Below, one piece after another: positions 10,597 to 20,525 of a stretch of 56,702 nt of DNA. Every line of letters starts with the position of its first letter. Position 1 is the stretch's first letter. The position numbers were made by a program, and so were the translations under genes. Origin of the DNA: a virus (lineage: Duplodnaviria > Caudoviricetes); the IMG/VR virus record IMGVR_UViG_3300039668_000004, positions 1 through 56,702 of that record, one strand, 5' to 3'. Below the pieces are notes generated by a model. It was given only the letters and a program-made list of their open reading frames with translations. It ran no database searches and was not told where the DNA came from.

Positions 10597-12544
10597 CCCG
10601 CGCGGTCAGGAGGCGTTCGCCACAGCGGAGGTCGTTTACGGTTACGACACGCTCTGGCGGCCGCCTTCCAAACTGAAACTCAGCGAGTGGGCCGACCGCT
10701 ACCGCATCCTAAGCAGCGAGAGCAGCGCGGAACCGGGCCAATGGGTCACTGACAAAGCGCCATACGAGCGCGAAATCATGGACGCGATCAGCGATCCTGA
10801 TGTTCCGCGCGTGGCAGTCCAGAAGGCGTCACAAGTCGGCATCACCGACAGCGCGATCTTGAACCCGATTGGCTACTACATCGACGAGGATCCATGCCCG
10901 ATCTTGGTCGTGCAGCCCACAATCGAAATGGCAGAGGCGTTCAGCACAGATCGTCTCGCGCCGATGCTGCGCGATTCCTCCCGTTTGCACAGCAAAGTTT
11001 CGGACACGCGCTCGCGCGACACCCAAAACACGATGCGCCGCAAAAGTTTCAAAGGCGGCTTCGTCGCATTGGGCGGCGCGAACAGCGCATCGAGTCTCAG
11101 CGGGCGACCGGTGCGCGTTGTGCTGCTGGATGATGTTGACCGATATCCGGCGAGCGCAGGCACCGAAGGCAATCCGCTCATGCTGGCGATTGCGCGCACG
11201 AGTGCCTTCTGGAACCGGAAGATCGTCATTGTCAGTTCGCCTGGAATCAAAGGCGTCTCGCACATCGAACGCGAAATGGAGCAGAGCACGTGCGAGTTCT
11301 GGTATCTGCCGTGTCCACATTGCGGGCTCATGCAGATTCTCGATTGGGACAGGATTCGGTTCAGCGATCTCACGCACCGCTGCCTCGAGTGCGAGCAATA
11401 CAACGAGAAATACCACTGGCTGGCGGGAGAGGGCGAGTGGCGCGCGCACCGCCCGTTCGACAAGCGCGGCGACAAAGTGACGACGCGCGGCTTTTACCTG
11501 AGCGGCCTCTACAATCCGTGGATTGAATGGGATTTGCTGGTTGAAGAATTCGTGCGCGCTGCGCGAGCGAACGAGGAGGGCGATGTCGAACTGCTCAAAG
11601 CGTTCCGCAACACGCGGCTTGGAATGTTGCACGAGGACAAAGGCAAGCGCGTCGATGTCGATCTCTACGAACACCGGCGCGAGGATTACATCGCGGAGGT
11701 TCCAGACGAGGTGATCGTGCTGACAGCGGGCGTGGACGTTGGCGAGCGGCAATTGAATTACGAGGTCGTCGGTTGGGGCAGAGGGCGCGAATCGTGGGGC
11801 ATCGAGTATGGCCTGATCGACGGCGACCCGCGCGAGGATGAGGTATGGGAGATTCTCGACGAAGCGATTTACCACCGGCTGTTTGCGACCAGCAAGGAGG
11901 ATGAATTCATGCGGGTGCGCAAGATCGCAGTCGATTCGGGCTACGCTGCTGACTTCGTCGTCTCTTACACCAAGCCACGGCAGCCGCGATGCGTGGCGAT
12001 CAAAGGCGAAGGCGGCTTGGGCAAACCGTTCATCAAGGGCGCAGGGCGACTGTCGAAACTCAATCGCGCCACGATCATGACCTTGGGCGTCGATTCCGGC
12101 AAAGAGGAATTGGTCAACCGGCTGCAGGTGCCGAAGGTAGGACCGGGCTACTGCCATTTCCCGAAGCTGCGCAACGGCGAACCGGCGCGCGGCTACGACG
12201 AGGAATACTTCAAGGGCCTCACCGCTGAGAGCCGCATCGTGAAAAGCAAGCACGGCTTCCGCACATACATTTGGATAAAGCGATTGTCGCAGCGCAACGA
12301 GCCATTCGACTGCCGCAACTACGCCTTGGGCGCGCTGGCGATGCCGCTGACAGGCATCAAGCTGGACACGATGGCGCGCGATCTTTACCGCAAACCGAAA
12401 TCGACAGACGAGCCGGAGAGTCAGGTGCCGTTCGGCGCGACCAAATCGCCGATGTTCGATGTCGGCCACGGCGATCAGCAGCAGCAACAGAAAGGCAAGC
12501 CGAACGGCGCTAAGTTCGGAGCAGCGAACCGTCCCTTGCAATGA
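10559..12544 (+). CDS. terL: Terminase large subunit (lambda gpA family)
   Basis: SEWADRYR..PYEREIMD, KASQVGIT (Walker A-like), LLDDVDRYP, PCPHCG, AGVDV, NEPFDCRNYA. Confidence 0.95.
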   Translation: MAKAKTLQPRLISPRGQEAFATAEVVYGYDTLWRPPSKLKLSEWADRYRILSSESSAEPGQWVTDKAPYEREIMDAISDPDVPRVAVQKASQVGITDSAILNPIGYYIDEDPCPILVVQPTIEMAEAFSTDRLAPMLRDSSRLHSKVSDTRSRDTQNTMRRKSFKGGFVALGGANSASSLSGRPVRVVLLDDVDRYPASAGTEGNPLMLAIARTSAFWNRKIVIVSSPGIKGVSHIEREMEQSTCEFWYLPCPHCGLMQILDWDRIRFSDLTHRCLECEQYNEKYHWLAGEGEWRAHRPFDKRGDKVTTRGFYLSGLYNPWIEWDLLVEEFVRAARANEEGDVELLKAFRNTRLGMLHEDKGKRVDVDLYEHRREDYIAEVPDEVIVLTAGVDVGERQLNYEVVGWGRGRESWGIEYGLIDGDPREDEVWEILDEAIYHRLFATSKEDEFMRVRKIAVDSGYAADFVVSYTKPRQPRCVAIKGEGGLGKPFIKGAGRLSKLNRATIMTLGVDSGKEELVNRLQVPKVGPGYCHFPKLRNGEPARGYDEEYFKGLTAESRIVKSKHGFRTYIWIKRLSQRNEPFDCRNYALGALAMPLTGIKLDTMARDLYRKPKSTDEPESQVPFGATKSPMFDVGHGDQQQQQKGKPNGAKFGAANRPLQ

Positions 12545-12719
12545 CGCCGCCGATCAACTCCTTGGTCAGAATGTTCGCAGCGATGCGCGTGCGATAACCT
12601 TTGCCCTGCTTCTCCCGCTTCATCAATTCGTTCATCACCGCCTGCGGCACAACACATTCAATCCGGCAATCGCCCAACCGAGGGCGACCGACGCTGCGCT
12701 TTTTGTAAGTGACCGTCAT
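12510..12719 (-). CDS. Small DNA-binding protein, possibly ribbon-helix-helix
   Basis: 69 aa; GRPR motif followed by a beta-like RIECVVP and two helices; one of only two credible minus-strand genes. Confidence 0.5.
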   Translation of the reverse strand: MTVTYKKRSVGRPRLGDCRIECVVPQAVMNELMKREKQGKGYRTRIAANILTKELIGGVIARDGSLLRT

Positions 12720-12777
12720 GAAATTGCGTGTAGCGCAGCGCAGCAGCGCACGCAAGCGGAAACGATCAGGGGCAATC

Positions 12778-12803
12778 AGCTTATCATGAATTCAAGATAA
12801 GCT
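12778..12803. repeat. 26-bp palindrome, copy 2
   Basis: AGCTTATCATGAATTCAAGATAAGCT; between the two minus-strand genes. Confidence 0.95.
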
Positions 12804-12826
12804 TCCGGCCGTTGGCGTTGAGCGAC

Positions 12827-13117
12827 TTACTCCTCGTTCTCGACCGGAGCGACCTTCAACTTTTCTTTACCAGGCGTGAGAGTGATCACCATTTCGTCGT
12901 ATCGGTAGATCATCGTTCCGTCCGGCTGGCGCAGTTCCTTTTCGTGCTTGTGCAGGGCCTCGATCAGATTCTGTTTGGCGGTGACTTCGCGCGGCGTCAT
13001 CTTCATTCGCTTATCGCGTTCGGCCACGTATTTCTCAGCCAATTGGTCCACTGCTGCGATGCGCAAAGGAGCGACGCCTTTGCCCGACATTTCCGGAAGA
13101 TCAGATTGTTTTGCCAT
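12827..13117 (-). CDS. Hypothetical protein
   Basis: 96-aa protein-like ORF (MAKQSDLPEMSG...) filling the gap between terL and the head genes. Confidence 0.6.
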   Translation of the reverse strand: MAKQSDLPEMSGKGVAPLRIAAVDQLAEKYVAERDKRMKMTPREVTAKQNLIEALHKHEKELRQPDGTMIYRYDEMVITLTPGKEKLKVAPVENEE

Positions 13118-13190
13118 TAGAACGGCATAGTTATCAGGAAGTTGGAACCGTGGCAATTGAATAAAAACTCATTTTTTCCGGTCAACCTTT

Positions 13191-13565
13191 GTGATAGCCT
13201 CGCCAGCTTGGATGCCACAGCCTAACGCCAATGTCCCGCCACAACCGCCAGCAGCAGCAGTCCTGATCGCCAAAGACGCACCTCCTGACGAAACTCCGCC
13301 ACCGAACGGCGCACTTGTTCCCTTCACTTGTCCTTGGGCGCAGGATGGTTTGCGCAAAGCGTCGGAAGGCATGGGCGGTTCGAGCAGCGGCGTTCAGGGT
13401 TACAAGATCGGCACGCGCGCTGTCCAATATCGCAGCGCAGCAGAGCAAGCGAAGGCAGTCGATTACTGGCTAAAGATGGTCGAATTTTACTGCGGCGCTG
13501 CGGCTCTCCCGCCTGCGCTCACTGGCCGCGACACCGCGTTCAGAGTCATTCCGCGAGACGTATGA
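13191..13565 (+). CDS. Head-tail joining protein (gpW/DUF6148-like)
   Basis: QGYKIGTRAVQY..RVIPRD; canonical position before the portal; start may be 13212. Confidence 0.65.
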   Translation: MIASPAWMPQPNANVPPQPPAAAVLIAKDAPPDETPPPNGALVPFTCPWAQDGLRKASEGMGGSSSGVQGYKIGTRAVQYRSAAEQAKAVDYWLKMVEFYCGAAALPPALTGRDTAFRVIPRDV

Positions 13566-15331
13566 CGCCGACGCTCACACCATCGCGCAACGGCAATGGC
13601 CACCTGCCGCGCGGCGCGCTCCTCGATTCCAGAGGCGAGATCATCCTGCACTCCAAGTCAGCAGAGATTCAAGCCAACCTTGGCCTCGGTCTTTTCCGTG
13701 GCACCGGCTACGGCAACTACGGCGCGAACACGCAAAAGAATTCGCTGATCGGCTGGCTGTATGGCGGCGGCGACGCTGACCGCGACATTGGCTTGAACGT
13801 GCAGGTTTTGCGCGAACGCTCGCGCGATGCGTTCATGGGCATCCCGCTCGCTGCAGGCGCGATTGAAACTCTCGACACCAACGTGATCGGCGAAGGTTTG
13901 TATCCCGCGCCCAACGTGGACGGCGAGGCGCTTGGGCTCGACCCGAAACAGACCGCCTCGCTCAACAAGGAGATCGCGGAAAAGTATTGCTGGTGGGCCG
14001 ACGACCCGCGCGAGTGCGATTACGAGGGCAAGCACGCCTTCCCAACGCTGCAATCGGTGGCGTTCCAGTCGATGCTGCTCAGCGGCGATTGTCCGGTTCT
14101 CTTTCCGCTCAAACAACGGCCACGCACGATGTATGATCTGCGCCTGCGCATCATTGAGGCTGATCGCGTGCGCAATCCGATGCTGGAAACGATGGTCGGC
14201 CTGCCGCTAAACATTTTCTCAGGCGTCGAGTGCAGCGAGGAAGGCGAACTGATCGCGTATCACATTTCGGAACATCACCCGCTGTCCATCCGGCAATCGA
14301 CGCGCTTTGCCAGCTACAAAACCTATCGCGTGGAGCCATACGGCGCGCTCTCTGGCCGCCGCAACATGGTGATGATGATGCGCCCTGAGAGGCCAGAGCA
14401 GCGCAGAGGCGTGCCGATCTTGTCTGTCTGCTTGGAGCTCCTAAAGCAGCAGGGCCGCTACGTTGACGCCACCGTGGTAGGCGCGGTCATTCAGTCCTAC
14501 TTCACCGCGTTCATCACATCGGAGTTTCCCGACCCGACCATTTTCGATTCGCTGCTGACCGAGGAACAGAAAAAGGAATTGCTCAACTTCAATCCTTACA
14601 ACGTGCAGCTTGGGCCGGGCATCGTGAATTTCATGCGACCAGGCCACGCCGTTAACTTCTCCAATCCGACGCAGCCACAGGCGACCTTCGGCGAGTTCAC
14701 CATTTCAGTTGCGAAGTTCATCGGAGCGGCGTTGGGCATCCCATATGAAGTCCTGTTGAAGCAATACAACGCCAGCTACTCTGCATCACGCGCCGCGCTG
14801 CTGGACTTCTGGCGGCGCGTGCGGAAATATCGCGCGCTGGTCATTGATCAACTGTGCCAGCCCGCCTACGAGGAATGGCTGACAGACGCGATCACGCTCG
14901 GTCGCATCACGCAGTTCAAAGGCGGTTGGGACGATCCTTACATTCGCAAGGCGATGCTGCGCTGCATCTGGACTGGCAGCAGCGCCGGTTCACTTGACCC
15001 GCAAAAGGAAGTCGCTGCTGCAGATCAAAAAGTGAAGTGCGGTTTTTCGACCATCGAACGCGAGAGCGCGGAACTGAACGGCTCCAACTACCGCGACAAT
15101 ATCCGGCAGCAATCAAGCGAGCGCGACGAATTCGAGCAAGCCAACCTGATCTATCCACCTTATCGGCCAACACGGTTGCAGGCAGACGAAGGCGCACCGC
15201 CTGGAACACCGAAGCCGACGACTGCGCCATCACCGGCGAAACCATCAACAGCGCCACCAACGCCGCCAGTGCCGCGCACACAGTTGAACGCGGAATTATC
15301 GGGCGGCACCAGCGGGAGGTTTATACGATGA
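13562..15331 (+). CDS. Portal protein (lambda family)
   Basis: LRERSRD..NVIGEGL, RPEQRRGVP, SYSASRAALL, LDPQKEV motifs. Confidence 0.95.
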   Translation: MTPTLTPSRNGNGHLPRGALLDSRGEIILHSKSAEIQANLGLGLFRGTGYGNYGANTQKNSLIGWLYGGGDADRDIGLNVQVLRERSRDAFMGIPLAAGAIETLDTNVIGEGLYPAPNVDGEALGLDPKQTASLNKEIAEKYCWWADDPRECDYEGKHAFPTLQSVAFQSMLLSGDCPVLFPLKQRPRTMYDLRLRIIEADRVRNPMLETMVGLPLNIFSGVECSEEGELIAYHISEHHPLSIRQSTRFASYKTYRVEPYGALSGRRNMVMMMRPERPEQRRGVPILSVCLELLKQQGRYVDATVVGAVIQSYFTAFITSEFPDPTIFDSLLTEEQKKELLNFNPYNVQLGPGIVNFMRPGHAVNFSNPTQPQATFGEFTISVAKFIGAALGIPYEVLLKQYNASYSASRAALLDFWRRVRKYRALVIDQLCQPAYEEWLTDAITLGRITQFKGGWDDPYIRKAMLRCIWTGSSAGSLDPQKEVAAADQKVKCGFSTIERESAELNGSNYRDNIRQQSSERDEFEQANLIYPPYRPTRLQADEGAPPGTPKPTTAPSPAKPSTAPPTPPVPRTQLNAELSGGTSGRFIR

Positions 15332-16500
15332 ACGAAAACTTTTTCCGGTTCGTGACAGCGGAAGCTGAGGAAGAACCGGCTGCAGCGGAACTCCTGATCT
15401 TTTCGCAGATCGGCAGTTGGGATGATATGGGCGATGTGAGCGCGCGCGCGTTCGCAAGCGAACTGTCCAAGCTGCCAACCAGCGTGAAGCGGCTCGACAT
15501 TCACATCAACAGTCCTGGCGGCAGCGTGTTTGAGGCGCAGGCGATCTACTCCCGCCTCGCTGATCATCGCGCGCAAAAGGTCGTGTATGTGGACGGTCTC
15601 GCTGCGAGCGCAGCGTCAATCGTGGCGATGGTCGGGCACAAGATTTATATCCGCGCCAACGCCAACATGATGATTCACCTGCCGAGCGGCTTTGCGATGG
15701 GCAACGCCGACGATATGCGGCACATGGCGACGGCGCTGGACTCCATCACGGAGAGCATGATCAACGTTTACGCCAAGCGCACCGGCCTCGACCGCGAGGA
15801 AGTGCGTTCCTTGCTCGCTGCAGAGACTTGGTTCTCGCCACAAGGTGCGGTGGACAAAGGTTTCGCAGACGAAGTGCGCGGCGTCGTGAAAGCTGCAGCG
15901 GTCGTGGGAGAAAACCGCGCGATCTTTAACGGCATCGAGTTCGACCTTTCCAGATTTAACAATGTTCCGGCGTTCAGCGCCTCAACCACAAACCAAAGCA
16001 GACGACAGCCTATGAAAACAAACGCACCAGCAACGGGCGCAGCGTCGGAGAACCCGCCGCCTCCGCCAACACCTCCGACAGACCCGCCGCCTCCTGCGGC
16101 ACCGCCACCCGCCGCGCCGCCACCGGCTGCAGCGCCACCTCCGCCAGCAGCGCCGCCACCCGCCGCGCCTCCGGCGAACGCCGAAAGCGATCTCGACCGC
16201 GGCATGAGACTGGAACGCGAGCGCGTCACCGCTCTGCAGGCACTCGACAAACCCGCGACGCACGCAATCGTGCAGGCAGCGATCAAGGAGGGCAAGCAGC
16301 CCGCCGACATCTTCGCCGCGTGCATGGACGCGATGGACAAGGCAGGCCAGCGCAACGACCGATTCACGGACTCTGCTGTGCTCACGCGGATCCCGCCAAG
16401 CGGTCAGACCGGCGACGAGGAAAACAAATTTGCGGCCACGCTGAAGGAGCGCACCAAAGCGCGCGCAGCGGCCTCGCGGCCTAACTACAGCCGCAACTAA
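15328..16500 (+). CDS. ClpP-type head maturation protease with Pro-rich linker and scaffold-like C-terminus
   Basis: HINSPGGSV, DGLAASAAS, MMIH, ETWF..A...GFAD. Confidence 0.92.
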   Translation: MNENFFRFVTAEAEEEPAAAELLIFSQIGSWDDMGDVSARAFASELSKLPTSVKRLDIHINSPGGSVFEAQAIYSRLADHRAQKVVYVDGLAASAASIVAMVGHKIYIRANANMMIHLPSGFAMGNADDMRHMATALDSITESMINVYAKRTGLDREEVRSLLAAETWFSPQGAVDKGFADEVRGVVKAAAVVGENRAIFNGIEFDLSRFNNVPAFSASTTNQSRRQPMKTNAPATGAASENPPPPPTPPTDPPPPAAPPPAAPPPAAAPPPPAAPPPAAPPANAESDLDRGMRLERERVTALQALDKPATHAIVQAAIKEGKQPADIFAACMDAMDKAGQRNDRFTDSAVLTRIPPSGQTGDEENKFAATLKERTKARAAASRPNYSRN

Positions 16501-16545
16501 CCAACCCAAACCACCAACCACCAACCCGAAAGGAAACCAAATACA

Positions 16546-16968
16546 ATGTCAGTCAAAGGTGCGTTTTATCCGATCAACATCCTTGGTGAAGGCACTGGCC
16601 CAGACTGGAAGGTCTATCGCTATCCGTTCATCGACGTGGGAACCGAAACGCTCGCAGTCATGCAAGCCGGTTACACGCTCAAATTCAACGCCGCCAGAAA
16701 CGCGGTCGAACCTGCTCTCGCAGCAGACGACGCGCTGATCGACGGCGTCCTCGTGGACAAGCCAGACCCAGGCGACGACCCTGCCAATCCGACCGTCGCC
16801 GTTCTTGTGCAGGGCACGGTCAACAAGAATCAGATTCACTACGCCGACGCGCACAAGACGCCTGCCGGTAGCGGTCCGCCGCCTCTGAGCGCAGCAGCGT
16901 TGGCGCGCCTGAGCGTGTTGAACATCTTCCTCGATCCTGCCGTTCCGGCTGGACCGTTCGCGCCCTAA
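16546..16968 (+). CDS. Head decoration protein (lambda gpD-like)
   Basis: Size and position between protease and capsid genes. Confidence 0.7.
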   Translation: MSVKGAFYPINILGEGTGPDWKVYRYPFIDVGTETLAVMQAGYTLKFNAARNAVEPALAADDALIDGVLVDKPDPGDDPANPTVAVLVQGTVNKNQIHYADAHKTPAGSGPPPLSAAALARLSVLNIFLDPAVPAGPFAP

Positions 16969-17008
16969 CCCGCCAGTCAATCCAACCCAAACAAAAGGAA
17001 AAAACCAA

Positions 17009-18436
17009 ATGTTAACAGATCCAAATTACGAGACGAGGACGCTGCTGGCGCCCTTCGATGAAGGTCCAGTCGTTCACACGTTTTTGCGCGACACATTCTT
17101 TGGCGCGCGCGAGTATCCGCCGACCAACTTGGTCGAGTTCGACTTCCGGCGCGGTCGTCGGAAAATGGCACCATTTGTCGCGCCACTCGTTGGCGGCAAG
17201 GTGATGGAGCGCGAAGGCTACGAGACACGGTTCTTCCGTGCGCCACGCATCGCGCCTGTGCGCAATCTGCGCATTCCTGACTTGGAACCGAGAATGTTCG
17301 GCGAGACGATCTACTCAGGGCGCACGCCACAAGATCGCGCTGCCGATCTGCTCGCGGAGGATGCGGTGTATTGCGACGAGGCGATCTCGCGCAGAGAGGA
17401 ATGGATGTGCCGCGAAGTGCTGGTCAACGGCCAACTGACGATCACCGCCGATCACGGCTACACGATGGTCGTGAACTTCCTAGAAAACTCGACCGGCACG
17501 CCTGCCGACAACCATCAGGCACCCGCCAACGGCACTTGGGACGATATCAACCTCTCGACGCCGCTGACGGACTTGGAGGATGCACGGCTGGCGACCATCG
17601 CAGCGAGCGGAGTGTCGCCGGATGTCGCCCTCTTCGGCACCAAAGCGAAGGAGGCGTTCATCAACAACCTGAGCGTTCAAAAGTTGCTGGACAACCGGCG
17701 CTTTGAAATGGGCAACGTCAAGCCAGTCATCCAAGACTCGGCGGTTGTCCTTTTCGCGACGCTGCCCGGTCTGCAGTGCTACGTCTATGCGGAATACTTC
17801 GAGGACGACATGGGTGTGCTGTTCCCGATGCTGCCGGAAAACTTGGTGATGCTGCTCAGCAGCCACGTGCAGAACAAGATCGTTTACGGCGCGTTCACGC
17901 AGTTGGAGGACGTGCGCAGCAAGCGATTTGTGACCTATCAGATGTCGCGCATTCCGTTCGTCTATGGCGAGGAGGAAGACGGCCAGTTGTTTTACCGATT
18001 GACCTCATGCCCGCTCCCGATGCCGAACGACGTTCTCGGCTGGCGCATCATTGACGCTCTGCCGGCGACAGGCACCTTCGGCAGCGGTGGCAAGGGCAGA
18101 CCCATCGTTGAGATCAGCGACAAGGGCGAAGGCCGCGTCGAAGGCAAGACGGTCGAAGGCAGACCTTACTTCGCGCCGACCAATGAAACTGCGCATGAGA
18201 AAAACATGCCAGAGGAAGCGCGACAGATAAAGGAGGCCCTCGGTCAAGGCACGCCCGCTGGACAGCCGAAAGGCAAAGGCGGCGGCAACAAAGGGAAGCA
18301 GCCCGACTACGAGAGACTGACGGTGCCGGAGCTGAAGGACCTCGCTGCTGATCGCGGCTTGGAAGTGGCGCATGATGCGCGCAAGGATGACATCATCGAC
18401 GCGTTGAAGGAGGACGACAAGAACCACAGCGCGTAA
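17009..18436 (+). CDS. Major capsid protein (gpE family) with C-terminal HeH/Rho-N-like extension
   Basis: TFLRDTFF, RKMAPFVAP, ISRREEWMC motifs; C-terminal LTVPELKDLAADRGLEV..RKDDIIDAL. Confidence 0.92.
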   Translation: MLTDPNYETRTLLAPFDEGPVVHTFLRDTFFGAREYPPTNLVEFDFRRGRRKMAPFVAPLVGGKVMEREGYETRFFRAPRIAPVRNLRIPDLEPRMFGETIYSGRTPQDRAADLLAEDAVYCDEAISRREEWMCREVLVNGQLTITADHGYTMVVNFLENSTGTPADNHQAPANGTWDDINLSTPLTDLEDARLATIAASGVSPDVALFGTKAKEAFINNLSVQKLLDNRRFEMGNVKPVIQDSAVVLFATLPGLQCYVYAEYFEDDMGVLFPMLPENLVMLLSSHVQNKIVYGAFTQLEDVRSKRFVTYQMSRIPFVYGEEEDGQLFYRLTSCPLPMPNDVLGWRIIDALPATGTFGSGGKGRPIVEISDKGEGRVEGKTVEGRPYFAPTNETAHEKNMPEEARQIKEALGQGTPAGQPKGKGGGNKGKQPDYERLTVPELKDLAADRGLEVAHDARKDDIIDALKEDDKNHSA

Positions 18437-18443
18437 AACCACC

Positions 18444-18812
18444 GTGGCCCTGCGCGAACAGTTCGCTCCTGATCTGGCTCGCGTGTTCATCAACACGGAT
18501 GAGCACGCGGCCGTCAGGGAGTTTCGCATCAGTGATGGTGCGGGCGGCTTCAAGGTTTTCTCGACCAAAGTCGTGTGGGACGAGGAAGCTGCAGCGCGGC
18601 AGACGGTCGTGGCGGTTCACGGAATGTATCTCGGCGATGTCATCTGCTACATCGAAGCCAAATACCTGCCGCGCAAACCGGTGGCAGGCGAACTGATCTA
18701 CTCGCCAGCGAACAAACCGTGGGAAGTGCTCAAATGCACAGAGGAAGAAAGCTGCTACATGCTTGCGCTGAGCGCGACGCGGTCGCAACCAGGCGCATAC
18801 GGAAGGAACTGA
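18444..18812 (+). CDS. Putative head-tail connector
   Basis: DLARVFINTDEHA motif; position after the capsid gene. Confidence 0.55.
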   Translation: MALREQFAPDLARVFINTDEHAAVREFRISDGAGGFKVFSTKVVWDEEAAARQTVVAVHGMYLGDVICYIEAKYLPRKPVAGELIYSPANKPWEVLKCTEEESCYMLALSATRSQPGAYGRN

Positions 18813-19376
18813 ATGGTCGCCCTCCAAATTGACGCGCGCCAGATGCGCAAGCTGGAACGCTCGCTGAGCAACATCAAGGACGGTGTGCCTCGTGCGCTCG
18901 CTCCCGCGATCAATCGCGCGCTGGATAAAGGGCGCACAGAGGTTCGTCGCGGCATCAGGGCGGAGTATCTGATCAAACAGAAGGACATTCCGATCAAAGT
19001 GCATGGCGCAAATCAGTCGCGCCTCTCAGGGCAGATCGTGATCACCGATAAGATGATGGCGCTTGGCAAATTCAAAGTGACGCCAAAAGGTGTCGGCGGC
19101 AGACGCCGCGTGCTGCACGCGCAGGTGAAAAAGAAAGGCGGCGGCGGCTATTTGCCGCACGCTTTCAATGTCAATACCGGAGGCTACATCGGCCCGTTTG
19201 AGCGCAAGGGCGCAGCGCGATTGCCGATCAGGCGACTTTTGTCAATTAGTGCTCCTATCATGGCGAGCCAGCCAGCGGTGGGGCCAGTGGTAAACAAGGC
19301 AATGGGCGACACGCTTGCCAAGCGCATTGACCATGAAATAAACCGAGTGATGGCGAGCGCAGGAGGTCATTCATGA
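18813..19376 (+). CDS. Minor tail protein (lambda gpZ-like)
   Basis: ALAPAINRA..FERKGAARLPIRRL..KRIDHEINR; basic protein. Confidence 0.75.
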   Translation: MVALQIDARQMRKLERSLSNIKDGVPRALAPAINRALDKGRTEVRRGIRAEYLIKQKDIPIKVHGANQSRLSGQIVITDKMMALGKFKVTPKGVGGRRRVLHAQVKKKGGGGYLPHAFNVNTGGYIGPFERKGAARLPIRRLLSISAPIMASQPAVGPVVNKAMGDTLAKRIDHEINRVMASAGGHS

Positions 19377-19531
19377 GCGGTGGAACCATCATACTTATCA
19401 TTCTGATTTTGTTGCTGATCGGCGCGGTGCCAAGCTGGCCATATAGCAGGGGCTGGGGCTATTATCCGAGCGGCGGCATTGGGCTGATTGTCGTTGTGCT
19501 GATTATCCTGCTACTCTTGGGACGTTTATGA
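19373..19531 (+). CDS. DUF3309-family small membrane protein (52 aa, absent from the ORF track)
   Basis: Manual translation: MSGGTIILIILILLLIGAVPSWPYSRGWGYYPSGGIGLIVVVLIILLLLGRL. ATGA overlaps at both ends; GGAGG RBS. Confidence 0.85.
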   Translation: MSGGTIILIILILLLIGAVPSWPYSRGWGYYPSGGIGLIVVVLIILLLLGRL

Positions 19532-20202
19532 CACCGGAGCCAGTCACACCGCCAGCAGCAGACCTTGGCGTGCGCGCTCACACCGCCTACGACCTCGAGG
19601 TGACGCTGCAACGGTTCCTGACGCGGCTCTACACGCCTTTTCGGTTGGACAATCCGACGCTCAACCTCGGCCAAGCGACGCAAGCATCGCAGCCGATCAG
19701 CCCGCCTGACCCGCCTCTCATTCCGTTCGATTACACGGCGCGCGCGCAAACTCTCGACCTCAAAGTGCCGCCGCGCGTGGTGCGTGGCAGAGTGCCGCGA
19801 ACGGTGACAGGCGAGATCGCGCTGGACAAGCTGCCCGATTGCCCTTCGATCATTCTGCAGGCGATCAGCGGGAATGTCGGCAAGGATTCAACGATCGTAA
19901 AAGTTCGGATGCTGTTCAACGCCTACGACGAGAATCCGGACGGTGGCGGCTACCAAGACCTGACTAATTTGATCGAGGCTGCGGCGATTGCGCTGACAAG
20001 TTTCGGGCAGGCGGCAATCGACGAGGCATACCCGATTGTGTTGCCGTTGGAATGGGCGCATGTCGAGGGCGAAACCTTTCCGCACTTCATCGCGGAGATG
20101 ACGAGCAGCTGGGAATTGCCAAGCGGGCGGCCGATGCCAGACCCTGAGAATTTCGTCGCGCCAGCGGAATCGCTCGGCGTCAGAGTGGAGTATCGCCAAT
20201 GA
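19528..20202 (+). CDS. Putative tail terminator / tail completion protein
   Basis: Position in the neck-tail region; no diagnostic motif. Confidence 0.45.
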   Translation: MTPEPVTPPAADLGVRAHTAYDLEVTLQRFLTRLYTPFRLDNPTLNLGQATQASQPISPPDPPLIPFDYTARAQTLDLKVPPRVVRGRVPRTVTGEIALDKLPDCPSIILQAISGNVGKDSTIVKVRMLFNAYDENPDGGGYQDLTNLIEAAAIALTSFGQAAIDEAYPIVLPLEWAHVEGETFPHFIAEMTSSWELPSGRPMPDPENFVAPAESLGVRVEYRQ

Positions 20203-20525
20203 AAAAGATCGAGGGACAAGTGATCTATATGGGGCCGCACCTTCGGCATATCGGCCTTGGCTACGGCGCGATCTTCCGCAACGGAATTTTCAAGCACTTC
20301 TACGAGGAGATCGCGCGCTGCCCTGCGCTTGGCGAACTGTTCATTCCGGTGGCGCAAGTCGCTGCGGTGCGCAAGGAACTCGCCTTCGATTACGCTCACA
20401 ATATGCGCGGCACAACCGGCCCGCACGTTACCTTTTACCGCGAAGTCCAGCGATGGATTGCGCACGAACAAAACCAAACGAAAACGCCCTCGTCGGGCAT
20501 AACCATACAAAACCAAAATGCCTAA
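20199..20525 (+). CDS. Hypothetical virion-module protein
   Basis: VIYMGP..GAIF motif; directly precedes the sheath gene. Confidence 0.55.
   Translation: MKKIEGQVIYMGPHLRHIGLGYGAIFRNGIFKHFYEEIARCPALGELFIPVAQVAAVRKELAFDYAHNMRGTTGPHVTFYREVQRWIAHEQNQTKTPSSGITIQNQNA

Noticed and set aside
16050-16180. CCG-rich tandem repeats
   Set aside because: Explained by the Pro/Ala linker of the protease-scaffold protein.
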